DNA from: Auanema rhodensis
Lineage: Eukaryota > Animalia > Nematoda
DNA: 64,000 nucleotides
Reading direction: 5' to 3'
Assembly: GCA_964057225.1 (NCBI GenBank)
Contig: OZ059895.1
Location: 19,344,001 to 19,408,000, forward strand
The notes under the pieces were generated by a model. The model had not been told where the DNA came from, made no database searches, and was given only the letters and a program-made list of their open reading frames with translations. This document shows positions 30,001 through 44,517 of this stretch, piece after piece. The position numbers were made by a program, and so were the translations under genes. How positions within the stretch are numbered: position 1 is the stretch's first letter; each line of letters starts with the position of its first letter.

Positions 30001-33000
30001 AGACTAATATGGACATGAGAAATCTAATTTTGAAAACAGCATCTCTTTCTCTTTGACGTGAAGCGAGTTACATACCAAGTGCACATCACGTGTACATTTA
30101 ATTAGCATAAATTAAAGTTCACGTAAATTTCAAAGTCATGGTTACCATGCACCAATATCAATAAAAATTTGTTTTAAGACTAATATGGACATGAGAAATC
30201 TAATTTTGAAAACCGCATCTCTTCATCTTTCACGTGAAGCGAGTTACATACCAAGTGCACATCACGTGTACATTTAATTAGCATAAATTAAAGTTCACGT
30301 AAATTTCAAAGTCATGGTTACCATGCACCAATATCAATAAAAACTTGTTTTTAGACTAATATGGACATGGGGAATCTACATTTGAAAACCACATCTCTTT
30401 ATCTTCCACGTGAAGCGAGTTACATACCAAGTGCACATCACGTGTACATTTAATTAGCATAAATAAAAGTTCACGTAAATTTCAAAGTAATGGTTACCAT
30501 GCACCAATATCAATAAAAATTTGTTTTAAGACTAATATGGACATGAGAAATCTATTTTTGAAAACCGCATCTCTTCATCTTTCACGTGAAGCAAGTTACA
30601 TACCAAGGGCACATCACGTGTACACTTAATTAGCATAAATCAAAGTTCACGTAAATTTCAAAGTCATGGTTACCATGCACCAATATCAATAAAAATTTGT
30701 TTTTAGACTAATATGGACATGGGGAATCTAATTTTGAAAACCGCATCTCTTTCTCTTTCACGTGAAGCGAGTTACATACCAAGTGCACATCACGTGTACA
30801 TTTAATTAGCATAAATTAAGGTCACGTAAATATCAAAGTCATGGTTACCATGCACCAATATCAATCAAAATTTGTTTTAAGACTAATATGGACATGAGAA
30901 ATCTATTTTTGAAAACCGCATCTCTTCATCTTTCACGTGAAGCAAGTTACATACCAAGTGCACATCACGTGTACATTTAATTAGCATAAATTAAAGTTCA
31001 CGTAAATATCAAAGTCATGGTTACCATGCACCAATATCAATCAAAATTTGTTTTAAGACTAATATGGACATGAGAAATCTATTTTTGAAAACCGCATCTC
31101 TTCATCTTTCACGTGAAGCAAGTTACATACCAAGTGCACATCACGTGTACATTTAATTAGCATAAATAAAAGTTCACGTAAATTTCAAAGTCATGGTTAC
31201 CATGCACCAATATCAATAAAAACTTGTTTTTAGACTAATATGGACATGGAGAATCTAATTTTGAAAACCGCATCTCTTCATCTTTCACGTGAAGCGAGTT
31301 ACATACCAAGTGCACATCACGTGTACACTTAATTAGCATAAATTAAAGTTCACGTAAATTTCAAAGTCATGGTTAACATGCACCAATATCGATAAAAATT
31401 TGTTTTAAGACTAATATGGACATGAGAAATCTAATTTTGAAAACCGCATCTCTTCATCTTTCACGTGAAGCGAGTTACATACCAAGTGCACATCACGTGT
31501 ACATTTAATTAGCATAAATTAAAGTTCACGTAAATTTCAAAGTCATGGTTACCATGCACCAATATCAATAAAAACTTGTTTTTAAACTAATACGGACATG
31601 GGGAATCTAATTTTGAAAACCGCATCTCTTCATCTTTCACGTGAAGCGAGTTACATACCAAGTGCACATCACGTGTACACTTAATTAGCATAAATTAAAG
31701 TTCACGTAAATTTCAAAGTCATGGTTAACATGCACCAATATCGATAAAAATTTGTTTTAAGACTAATATGGACATGAGAAATCTAATTTTGAAAACCGCA
31801 TCTCTTCATCTTTCACGTGAAGCGAGTTACATACCAAGTGCACATCACGTGTACATTTAATTAGCATAAATTAAAGTTCACGTAAATTTCAAAGTCATGG
31901 TTACCATGCACCAATATCAATAAAAACTTGTTTTTAGACTAATATGGACATGGGGAATCTACATTTGAAAACCACATCTCTTTATCTTTCACGTGAAGCG
32001 AGTTACATACCAAGTGCACATCACGTGTACATTTAATTAGCATAAATTAAAGTTCACGTAAATTTCAAAGTAATGGTTACCATGCACCAATATCAATAAA
32101 AATTTGTTTTAAGACTAATATGGACATGAGAAATCTATATTTGAAAACCGCATCTCTTCATCTTTCACGTGGAGCAAGTTACATACCAAGTGCACATCAC
32201 GTGTACATTTAATTAGCATAAATAAAAGTTCACGTAAATTTCAAAGTCATGGTTACCATGCACCAATATCAATAAAAAACTTGTTTTTAGACTAATATGG
32301 ACATGGAGAATCTAATTTTGAAAACCGCATCTCTTCATCTTTCACGTGAAGCGAGTTACATACCAAGTGCACATCACGTGTACACTTAATTAGCATAAAT
32401 TAAAGTTCACGTAAATTTCAATGTCATGGTTAACATGCACCAATATCGATAAAAATTTGTTTTAAGACTAATATGGACATGAGAAATCTAATTTTGAAAA
32501 CCGCATCTCTTCATCTTTCACGTGAAGCGAGTTACATACCAAGTGCACATCACGTGTACATTTAATTAGCATAAATTAAAGTTCACGTAAATTTCAAAGT
32601 CATGGTTACCATGCACCAATATCAATAAAAACTTGTTTTTAAACTAATATGGACATGGGGAATCTAATTTTGAAAACCACATCTCTTTATCTTTCACGTG
32701 AAGCGAGTTACATACCAAGTGCACATCACGTGTACATTTAATTAGCATAAATTAAAATTCACGTAAATTTCAAAGTAATGGTTACCATGCACCAATATCA
32801 ATAAAAATTTGTTTTAAGACTAATATGGACATGAGAAATCTATTTTTGAAAACCGCATCTCTTCATCTTTCACGTGAAGCAAGTTACATACCAAGGGCAC
32901 ATCACGTGTACACTTAATTAGCATAAATCAAAGTTCACGTAAATTTCAAAGTCATGGTTACCATGCACCAATATCAATAAAAATTTGTTTTTAGACTAAT

Positions 33001-36000
33001 ATGGACATGGGGAATCTAATTTTGAAAACCGCATCTCTTTCTCTTTCACGTGAAGCGAGTTACATACCAAGTGCACATCACGTGTACATTTAATTAGCAT
33101 AAATTAAGGTCACGTAAATATCAAAGTCATGGTTACCATGCACCAATATCAATCAAAATTTGTTTTAAGACTAATATGGACATGAGAAATCTATTTTTGA
33201 AAACCGCATCTCTTCATCTTTCACGTGAAGCAAGTTACATACCAAGTGCACATCACGTGTACATTTAATTAGCATAAATAAAAGTTCACGTAAATTTCAA
33301 AGTCATGGTTACCATGCACCAATATCAATAAAAACTTGTTTTTAGACTAATATGGACATGGAGAATCTAATTTTGAAAACCGCATCTCTTCATCTTTCAC
33401 GTGAAGCGAGTTACATACCAAGTGCACATCACGTGTACACTTAATTAGCATAAATTAAAGTTCACGTAAATTTCAAAGTCATGGTTAACATGCACCAATA
33501 TCGATAAAAATTTGTTTTAAGACTAATATGGACATGAGAAATCTAATTTTGAAAACCGCATCTCTTCATCTTTCACGTGAAGCGAGTTACATACCAAGTG
33601 CACATCACGTGTACATTTAATTAGCATAAATTAAAGTTCACGTAAATTTCAAAGTCATGGTTACCATGCACCAATATCAATAAAAACTTGTTTTTAAACT
33701 AATATGGACATGGGGAATCTAATTTTGAAAACCACATCTCTTTATCTTTCACGTGAAGCGAGTTACATACCAAGTGCACATCACGTGTACATTTAATTAG
33801 CATAAATTAAAATTCACGTAAATTTCAAAGTAATGGTTACCATGCACCAATATCAATAAAAATTTGTTTTAAGACTAATATGGACATGAGAAATCTAATA
33901 TTGGAAACCGCATCTCTTCATCTTTCACGTGAAGCGAGTTACATATCAAGTGCACATCACGTGTACACTTAATTAGCATAAATTAAAGTTCACGTAAATT
34001 TCAAAGTCATGGTTAACATGCACCAATATCAATAAAAATTTGTTTTAAGACTAATATGGACATGAGAAATCTATTTTTGAAAACCGCATCTCTTCATCTT
34101 TCACGTGAAGCAAGTTACATACCAAGTGCACATCACGTGTACATTTAATTAGCATAAATTAAAGTTCACGTAAATATCAAAGTCATGGTTACCATGCACC
34201 AATATCAATAAAAACTTGTTTTTAGACTAATATGGACATGGGGAATCTAATTTTGAAAACCGCATCTCTTCATCTTTCACGTGAAGCGAGTTACATACCA
34301 AGTGCACATCACGTGTACACTTAATTAGCATAAATTAAAGTTCACGTAAATTTCAAAGTCATGGTTAACATGCACCAATATCGATAAAAATTTGTTTTAA
34401 GACTAATATGGACATGAGAAATCTAATTTTGAAAACCGCATCTCTTCATCTTTCACGTGAAGCGAGTTACATACCAAGTGCACATCACGTGTACATTTAA
34501 TTAGCATAAATTAAAGTTCACGTAAATTTCAAAGTCATGGTTACCATGCACCAATATCAATAAAAACTTGTTTTTAGACTAATATGGACATGGGGAATCT
34601 ACATTTGAAAACCACATCTCTTTATCTTTCACGTGAAGCGAGTTACATACCAAGTGCACATCACGTGTACATTTAATTAGCATAAATTAAAGTTCACGTA
34701 AATTTCAAAGTAATGGTTACCATGCACCAATATCAATAAAAATTTGTTTTAAGACTAATATGGACATGAGAAATCTATATTTGAAAACCGCATCTCTTCA
34801 TCTTTCACGTGGAGCAAGTTACATACCAAGTGCACATCACGTGTACATTTAATTAGCATAAATAAAAGTTCACGTAAATTTCAAAGTCATGGTTACCATG
34901 CACCAATATCAATAAAAACTTGTTTTTAGACTAATATGGACATGGAGAATCTAATTTTGAAAACCGCATCTCTTCATCTTTCACGTGAAGCGAGTTACAT
35001 ACCAAGTGCACATCACGTGTACACTTAATTAGCATAAATTAAAGTTCACGTAAATTTCAAAGTCATGGTTAACATGCACCAATATCGATAAAAATTTGTT
35101 TTAAGACTAATATGGACATGAGAAATCTAATTTTGAAAACCGCATCTCTTCATCTTTCACGTGAAGCGAGTTACATACCAAGTGCACATCACGTGTACAT
35201 TTAATTAGCATAAATTAAAGTTCACGTAAATTTCAAAGTCATGGTTACCATGCACCAATATCAATAAAAACTTGTTTTTAAACTAATATGGACATGGGGA
35301 ATCTAATTTTGAAAACCACATCTCTTTATCTTTCACGTGAAGCGAGTTACATACCAAGTGCACATCACGTGTACATTTAATTAGCATAAATTAAAATTCA
35401 CGTAAATTTCAAAGTAATGGTTACCATGCACCAATATCAATAAAAATTTGTTTTAAGACTAATATGGACATGAGAAATCTAATATTGGAAACCGCATCTC
35501 TTCATCTTTCACGTGAAGCGAGTTACATATCAAGTGCACATCACGTGTACACTTAATTAGCATAAATTAAAGTTCACGTAAATTTCAAAGTCATGGTTAA
35601 CATGCACCAATATCAATAAAAATTTGTTTTAAGACTAATATGGACATGAGAAATCTAATATTGGAAACCGCATCTCTTCATCTTTCACGTGAAGCGAGTT
35701 ACATATCAAGTGCACATCACGTGTACACTTAATTAGCATAAATTAAAGTTCACGTAAATTTCAAAGTCATGGTTAACATGCACAAATATCAATAAAACTT
35801 TGTTTTAAGACTAATATGGACATGAGAAATCTAATATTGGAAACCGCATCTCTTCATCTTTCACGTGAAGCGAGTTACATATCAAGTGCACATCACGTGT
35901 ACACTTAATTAGCATAAATTAAAGTTCACGTAAATTATAAAGTCATGGTTAACATGCACAAATATCAATAAAACTTTGTTTTAAGACTAATATGGACATG

Positions 36001-39000
36001 AGAAATCTAATATTGGAAACCGCATCTCTTCATCTTTCACGTGAAGCGAGTTACATATCAAGTGCACATCACGTGTACACTTAATTAGCATAAATTAAAG
36101 TTCACGTAAATTTCAAAGTCATGGTTAACATGCACCAATATCAATAAAAATTTGTTTTTAGACTAATATGGACATGGGGAATCTAATTTTGAAAACCACA
36201 TCTCTTTATCTTTCACGTGAAGCGAGTTACATACCAAGTGCACATCACGTGTACATTTAATTAGCATAAATTAAAGTTCACGTAAATTTCAAAGTCATGG
36301 TTAACATGCACCAATATCAATAAAAATTTGTTTTTAGACTAATATGGACATGGGGAATCTAATTTTGAAAACAGCATCTCTTTCTCTTTGACGTGAAGCG
36401 AGTTACATACCAAGTGCACATCACGTGTACACTTAATTAGCATAAATTAAAGTTCACGTAAATTTCAAAGTCATGGTTAACATGCACCAATATCAATAAA
36501 AATTTGTTTTTAGACTAATATGGACATGGGGAATCTAATTTTGAAAACCGCATCTCTTTCTCTTTGACGTGAAGCGAGTTACATACCAAGTGCACATCAC
36601 GTGTACACTTAATTAGCATAAATTAAAGTTCACGTAAATTTCAAAGTCATGGTTACCATGCACCAATATCAATAAAAACTTGTTTTTAGACTAATATGGA
36701 CATGAGAAATCTAATTTTGAAAACCGCATCTCTTCATCTTTCACGTGAAGCGAGTTACATACCAAGTGCACATCACGTGTACATTTAATTAGCATAAATT
36801 AAAGTTCACGTAAATTTCAAAGTCATGGTTACCATGCACCAATATCAATAAAAATTTGTTTTAAGACTAATATGGACATGAGAAATCTATTTTTGAAAAC
36901 CGCATCTCTTCATCTTTCACGTGAAGCAAGTTACATACCAAGTGCACATCACGTGTACATTTAATTAGCATAAATTAAAGTTCACGTAAATTTCAAAGTC
37001 ATGGTTAACATGCACCAATATCGATAAAAATTTGTTTTAAGACTAATATGGACATGAGAAATCTAATTTTGAAAACCGCATCTCTTCATCTTTCACGTGA
37101 AGCGAGTTACATACCAAGTGCACATCACGTGTACATTTAATTAGCATAAATTAAAGTTCACGTAAATTTCAAAGTCATGGTTACCATGCACCAATATCAA
37201 TAAAAACTTGTTTTTAGACTAATATGGACATGGGGAATCTACATTTGAAAACCACATCTCTTTATCTTTCACGTGAAGCGAGTTACATACCAAGTGCACA
37301 TCACGTGTACATTTAATTAGCATAAATTAAAGTTCACGTAAATTTCAAAGTAATGGTTACCATGCACCAATATCAATAAAAATTTGTTTTAAGACTAATA
37401 TGGACATGAGAAATCTATTTTTGAAAACCGCATCTCTTCATCTTTCACGTGAAGCAAGTTACATACCAAGGGCACATCACGTGTACACTTAATTAGCATC
37501 AATCAAAGTTCACGTAAATTTCAAAGTCATGGTCACCATGCACCAATATCAATAAAAATTTGTTTTTAGACTAATATGGACATGGGGAATCTAATTTTGA
37601 AAACCGCATCTCTTTCTCTTTCACGTGAAGCGAGTTACATACCAAGTGCACATCACGTGTACATTTAATTAGCATAAATTAAGGTCACGTAAATATCAAA
37701 GTCATGGTTACCATGCACCAATATCAATCAAAATTTGTTTTAAGACTAATATGGACATGAGAAATCTATTTTTGAAAACCGCATCTCTTCATCTTTCACG
37801 TGAAGCAAGTTACATACCAAGTGCACATCACGTGTACATTTAATTAGCATAAATTAAAGTTCACGTAAATATCAAAGTCATGGTTACCATGCACCAATAT
37901 CAATAAAAATTTGTTTTAAGACTAATATGGACATGAGAAATCTATATTTGAAAACCGCATCTCTTCATCTTTCACGTGGAGCAAGTTACATACCAAGTGC
38001 ACATCACGTGTACATTTAATTAGCATAAATAAAAGTTCACGTAAATTTCAAAGTCATGGTTACCATGCACCAATATCAATAAAAACATGTTTTTAGACTA
38101 ATATGGACATGGAGAATCTAATTTTGAAAACCGCATCTCTTCATCTTTCACGTGAAGCGAGTTACATACCAAGTGCACATCACGTGTACACTTAATTAGC
38201 ATAAATTAAAGTTCACGTAAATTTCAAAGTCATGGTTAACATGCACCAATATCGATAAAAATTTGTTTTAAGACTAATATGGACATGAGAAATCTAATTT
38301 TGAAAACCGCATCTCTTCATCTTTCACGTGAAGCGAGTTACATACCAAGTGCACATCACGTGTACATTTAATTAGCATAAATTAAAGTTCACGTAAATTT
38401 CAAAGTCATGGTTACCATGCACCAATATCAATAAAAACTTGTTTTTAAACTAATATGGACATGGGGAATCTAATTTTGAAAACCACATCTCTTTATCTTT
38501 CACGTGAAGCGAGTTACATACCAAGTGCACATCACGTGTACATTTAATTAGCATAAATTAAAATTCACGTAAATTTCAAAGTAATGGTTACCATGCACCA
38601 ATATCAATAAAAATTTGTTTTAAGACTAATATGGACATGAGAAATCTAATATTGGAAACCGCATCTCTTCATCTTTCACGTGAAGCGAGTTACATATCAA
38701 GTGCACATCACGTGTACACTTAATTAGCATAAATTAAAGTTCACGTAAATTTCAAAGTCATGGTTAACATGCACCAATATCAATAAAAATTTGTTTTAAG
38801 ACTAATATGGACATGAGAAATCTAATATTGGAAACCGCATCTCTTCATCTTTCACGTGAAGCGAGTTACATATCAAGTGCACATCACGTGTACACTTAAT
38901 TAGCATAAATTAAAGTTCACGTAAATTTCAAAGTCATGGTTAACATGCACAAATATCAATAAAAATTTGTTTTAAGACTAATATGGACATGAGAAATCTA

Positions 39001-42000
39001 ATATTGGAAACCGCATCTCTTCATCTTTCACGTGAAGCGAGTTACATATCAAGTGCACATCACGTGTACACTTAATTAGCATAAATTAAAGTTCACGTAA
39101 ATTTCAAAGTCATGGTTAACATGCACCAATATCAATAAAAATTTGTTTTTAGACTAATATGGACATGGGGAATCTAATTTTGAAAACCACATCTCTTTAT
39201 CTTTCACGTGAAGCGAGTTACATACCAAGTGCACATCACGTGTACATTTAATTAGCATAAATTAAAGTTCACGTAAATTTCAAAGTCATGGTTAACATGC
39301 ACCAATATCAATAAAAATTTGTTTTTAGACTAATATGGACATGGGGAATCTAATTTTGAAAACAGCATCTCTTTCTCTTTGACGTGAAGCGAGTTACATA
39401 CCAAGTGCACATCACGTGTACACTTAATTAGCATAAATTAAAGTTCACGTAAATTTCAAAGTCATGGTTACCATGCACCAATATCAATAAAAACTTGTTT
39501 TTAGACTAATATGAACATGAGAAATCTAATTTTGAAAACCGCATCTCTTCATCTTTCACGTGAAGCGAGTTACATACCAAGTGCACATCACGTGTACATT
39601 TAATTAGCATAAATTAAAGTTCACGTAAATTTCAAAGTCATGGTTACCATGCACCAATATCAATAAAAATTTGTTTTAAGACTAATATGGACATGAGAAA
39701 TCTATTTTTGAAAACCGCATCTCTTCATCTTTCACGTGAAGCAAGTTACATACCAAGTGCACATCACGTGTACATTTAATTAGCATAAATTAAAGTTCAC
39801 GTAAATTTCAAAGTAATGGTTACCATGCACCAATATCAATAAAAACTTGTTTTTAGACTAATATGGACATGGAGAATCTAATTTTGAAAACCGCATCTCT
39901 TCATCTTTCACGTGAAGCGAGTTACATACCAAGTGCACATCACGTGTACATTTAATTAGCATAAATTAAAGTTCACGTAAATTTCAAAGTCATGGTTACC
40001 ATGCACCAATATCAATAAAAACTTGTTTTTAAACTAATATGGACATGGGGAATCTAATTTTGAAAACCACATCTCTTTATCTTTCACGTGAAGCGAGTTA
40101 CATACCAAGTGCACATCACGTGTACATTTAATTAGCATAAATTAAAATTCACGTAAATTTCAAAGTAATGGTTACCAGGCACCAATATCAATAAAAATTT
40201 GTTTTAAGACTAATATGGACATGAGAAATCTAATATTGGAAACCGCATCTCTTCATCTTTCACGTGAAGCGAGTTACATATCAAGTGCACATCACGTGTA
40301 CACTTAATTAGCATAAATTAAAGTTCACGTAAATTTCAAAGTCATGGTTAACATGCACCAATATCAATAAAAATTTGTTTTAAGACTAATATGGACATGA
40401 GAAATCTAATATTGGAAACCGCATCTCTTCATCTTTCACGTGAAGCGAGTTACATATCAAGTGCACATCACGTGTACACTTAATTAGCATAAATTAAAGT
40501 TCACGTAAATTTCAAAGTCATGGTTACCATGCACCAATATCAATAAAAATTTGTTTTTAGACTAATATGGACATGGGGAATCTAATTTTGAAAACAGCAT
40601 CTCTTTCTCTTTCACGTGAAGCGAGTTACATACCAAGTGCACATCATGTGTACACTTAATTAGCATAAATTAAAGTTCACGTAAATTTTAAAGTCATGGT
40701 TACCATGCACCAATACCAATACTAATTTGTTTTTAGACTAATATGGACATGGGGAATCTAATTTTGAAAACCGCATCTCTTTTTCTTTCACGTGAAGCGA
40801 GTTACATACCAAGTGCACATCATGTGTACACTTAATAAGCATAAATTAAAGTTCACGTAAATTTCAAAGTCATGGTTACCATGCACCAAAATCAATAAAA
40901 ATTTGTTTTTAGACTAATATGGACATGGGGAATCTAATTTTGAAAACCGCATCTCTTCATCTTTCACGTGAAGCCAGTTACATACCAAGTGCACATCACG
41001 TGTACATTTAATTAGCATAAATTAAAGTTCACGTAAATTTCAAAGTCATGGTTACCATGCACCAATATCAATAAAAATTTGTTTTTAGACTAATATGGAC
41101 ATGGGGAATCTATTTTTGAAAACCGCATCTCTTCATCTTTCACGTGAAGCGAGTTACATACCAAGTGCACATCACGTGTACACTTAATTAGCATAAATTA
41201 AAGTTCACGTAAATTTCAAAGTCATGGTTAACATGCACCAATATCAATAAAAATTTGTTTTTAGACTAATATGGACATGGGGAATCTAATTTTGAAAACC
41301 GCATCTCTTTATCTTTCACGTGAAGCGAGTTACATACCAAGTGCACATCACGTGTACATTTAATTAGCATAAATTAAGGTCACGTAAATATCAAAGTCAT
41401 GGTTACCATGCACCAATATCAATCAAAATTTGTTTTAAGACTAATATGGACATGAGAAATCTATTTTTGAAATCCGCATCTCTTCATCTTTCACGTGAAG
41501 CAAGTTACATACCAAGTGCACATCACGTGTACATTTAATTAGCATAAATTAAAGTTCACGTAAATATCAAAGTCATGGTTACCATGCACCAATATCGATA
41601 AAAATTTGTTTTAAGACTAATATGGACATGAGAAATCTAATTTTGAAAACCGCATCTCTTCATCTTTCACGTGAAGCGAGTTACATACCAAGTGCACATC
41701 ACGTGTACATTTAATTAGCATAAATTAAAGTTCACGTAAATTTCAAAGTAATGGTTACCATGCACCAATATCAATAAAAATTTGTTTTAAGACTAATATG
41801 GACATGAGAAATCTATTTTTGAAAACCGCATCTCTTCATCTTTCACGTGAAGCAAGTTACATACCAAGTGCACATCACGTGTACATTTAATTTACATAAA
41901 TTAAAGTTCACGTAAATTTCAAAGTCATGGTTACCATGCACCAATATCAATAAAAACTTGTTTTTAGACTAATATGGACATGGAGAATCTAATTTTGAAA

Positions 42001-44344
42001 ACCGCATCTCTTCATCTTTCACGTGAAGCAAGTTACATACCAAGTGCACATCACGTGTACATTTAATTAGCATAAATTAAAGTTCACGTAAATTTCAAAG
42101 TCATGGTTACCATGCACCAATATCAATAAAAACTTGTTTTTAGACTAATATGGACATGGAGAATCTAATTTTGAAAACCGCATCTCTTCATCTTTCACGT
42201 GAAGCGAGTTACATACCAAGTGCACATCACGTGTACATTTAATTAGCATAAATTAAAGTTCACGTAAATTTCAAAGTCATGGTTACCATGCACCAATATC
42301 AATAAAAACTTGTTTTTAAACTAATATGGACATGGGGAATCTAATTTTGAAAACCACATCTCTTTATCTTTCACGTGAAGCGAGTTACATACCAAGTGCA
42401 CATCACGTGTACATTTAATTAGCATAAATTAAAATTCACGTAAATTTCAAAGTAATGGTTACCAGGCACCAATATCAATAAAAATTTGTTTTAAGACTAA
42501 TATGGACATGAGAAATCTAATATTGGAAACCGCATCTCTTCATCTTTCACGTGAAGCGAGTTACATATCAAGTGCACATCACGTGTACACTTAATTAGCA
42601 TAAATTAAAGTTCACGTAAATTTCAAAGTCATGGTTAACATGCACCAATATCAATAAAAATTTGTTTTAAGACTAATATGGACATGAGAAATCTAATATT
42701 GGAAACCGCATCTCTTCATCTTTCACGTGAAGCGAGTTACATATCAAGTGCACATCACGTGTACACTTAATTAGCATAAATTAAAGTTCACGTAAATTTC
42801 AAAGTCATGGTTACCATGCACCAATATCAATAAAAATTTGTTTTTAGACTAATATGGACATGGGGAATCTAATTTTGAAAACAGCATCTCTTTCTCTTTC
42901 ACGTGAAGCGAGTTACATACCAAGTGCACATCACGTGTACACTTAATTAGCATAAATTAAAGTTCACGTAAATTTTAAAGTCATGGTTACCATGCACCAA
43001 TACCAATACTAATTTGTTTTTAGACTAATATGGACATGGGGAATCTAATTTTGAAAACCGCATCTCTTTTTCTTTCACGTGAAGCGAGTTACATACCAAG
43101 TGCACATCATGTGTACACTTAATAAGCATAAATTAAAGTTCACGTAAATTTCAAAGTCATGGTTACCATGCACCAAAATCAATAAAAATTTGTTTTTAGA
43201 CTAATATGGACATGGGGAATCTAATTTTGAAAACCGCATCTCTTCATCTTTCACGTGAAGCCAGTTACATACCAAGTGCACATCACGTGTACATTTAATT
43301 AGCATAAATTAAAGTTCACGTAAATTTCAAAGTCATGGTTACCATGCACCAATATCAATAAAAATTTGTTTTTAGACTAATATGGACATGGGGAATCTAT
43401 TTTTGAAAACCGCATCTCTTCATCTTTCACGTGAAGCGAGTTACATACCAAGTGCACATCACGTGTACACTTAATTAGCATAAATTAAAGTTCACGTAAA
43501 TTTCAAAGTCATGGTTAACATGCACCAATATCAATAAAAATTTGTTTTTAGACTAATATGGACATGGGGAATCTAATTTTGAAAACCGCATCTCTTTATC
43601 TTTCACGTGAAGCGAGTTACATACCAAGTGCACATCACGTGTACATTTAATTAGCATAAATTAAGGTCACGTAAATATCAAAGTCATGGTTACCATGCAC
43701 CAATATCAATCAAAATTTGTTTTAAGACTAATATGGACATGAGAAATCTATTTTTGAAATCCGCATCTCTTCATCTTTCACGTGAAGCAAGTTACATACC
43801 AAGTGCACATCACGTGTACATTTAATTAGCATAAATTAAAGTTCACGTAAATATCAAAGTCATGGTTACCATGCACCAATATCGATAAAAATTTGTTTTA
43901 AGACTAATATGGACATGAGAAATCTAATTTTGAAAACCGCATCTCTTCATCTTTCACGTGAAGCGAGTTACATACCAAGTGCACATCACGTGTACATTTA
44001 ATTAGCATAAATTAAAGTTCACGTAAATTTCAAAGTAATGGTTACCATGCACCAATATCAATAAAAATTTGTTTTAAGACTAATATGGACATGAGAAATC
44101 TATTTTTGAAAACCGCATCTCTTCATCTTTCACGTGAAGCAAGTTACATACCAAGTGCACATCACGTGTACATTTAATTTACATAAATTAAAGTTCACGT
44201 AAATTTCAAAGTCATGGTTACCATGCACCAATATCAATAAAAACTTGTTTTTAGACTAATATGGACATGGAGAATCTAATTTTGAAAACCGCATCTCTTC
44301 ATCTTTCACGTGAAGCGAGTTACATACCAAGTGCACATCACGTG
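1..44344. repeat. 176-bp tandem satellite array, left arm (~252 monomers, head-to-tail, begins before the window)
   Basis: CATAAATTAAAGTTCACGTAAA recurs at 1, 177, 353, 529, 705, 881 and onward (period 176). Consensus is approximately CATAAATTAAAGTTCACGTAAATTTCAAAGTCATGGTTACCATGCACCAATATCAATAAAAATTTGTTTTTAGACTAATATGGACATGGGGAATCTAATTTTGAAAACCGCATCTCTTYATCTTTCACGKGAAGCGAGTTACATACCADGTGCACATCACGTGTACATTTAATTAG. The ORF track shows no ORFs wholly within it. A centromeric role is inferred only from monomer size and array length. Confidence 0.98.
44340..44344 (+). other. Left copy of target-site duplication (ACGTG; minimum GTG)
   Basis: The empty site is CACATCACGTGTACAC. The left junction reads CACATCACGTG|ATTTT and the right junction reads AAACAAACGTGTACAC. 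Confidence 0.85.
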
Positions 44345-44363
44345 ATTTTTTTTTTTTTTTTTT

Positions 44364-44396
<33 letters not shown>
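44345..44396 (+). repeat. 5' poly-T tracts: A-T18-C-A-T31
   Basis: T runs at 44346-44363 and 44366-44396, read directly. Homopolymer lengths may carry sequencing error. Confidence 0.9.
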
Positions 44397-44397
<1 letters not shown>

Positions 44398-44517
44398 ATC
44401 TTGTGACTCATTTTGATCTTGTGACTCATTTTGATCTTGTGACTCATTTTGATCTTGTGACTCATTTTGATCTTGTGACTCATTTTGATCTTGTGACTCA
44501 TTTTGATCTTGTGACTC
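44365..44517 (+). repeat. 5'-terminal 18-bp tandem repeat of the LINE: six perfect ATTTTGATCTTGTGACTC units (44410-44517) plus one T-expanded unit (44365-44409)
   Basis: GATCTTGTGACTC starts at 44397, 44415, 44433, 44451, 44469, 44487 and 44505. Confidence 0.97.
44404..44504 (+). promoter_or_regulatory. Putative multimeric internal Pol II promoter: six TGACTCA (AP-1/bZIP consensus) sites overlapping TCATTT initiator-like motifs
   Basis: TGACTCATTTT occurs at each unit junction, at the extreme 5' end of a LINE, where internal promoters normally lie. Function is inferred. Confidence 0.45.

Noticed and set aside
44256-44501. 81-aa minus-strand ORF (MSHKIK)n-poly-K
   Set aside because: Translation artefact of the 18-bp repeat (a multiple of 3) and the poly-T runs, reading into satellite.
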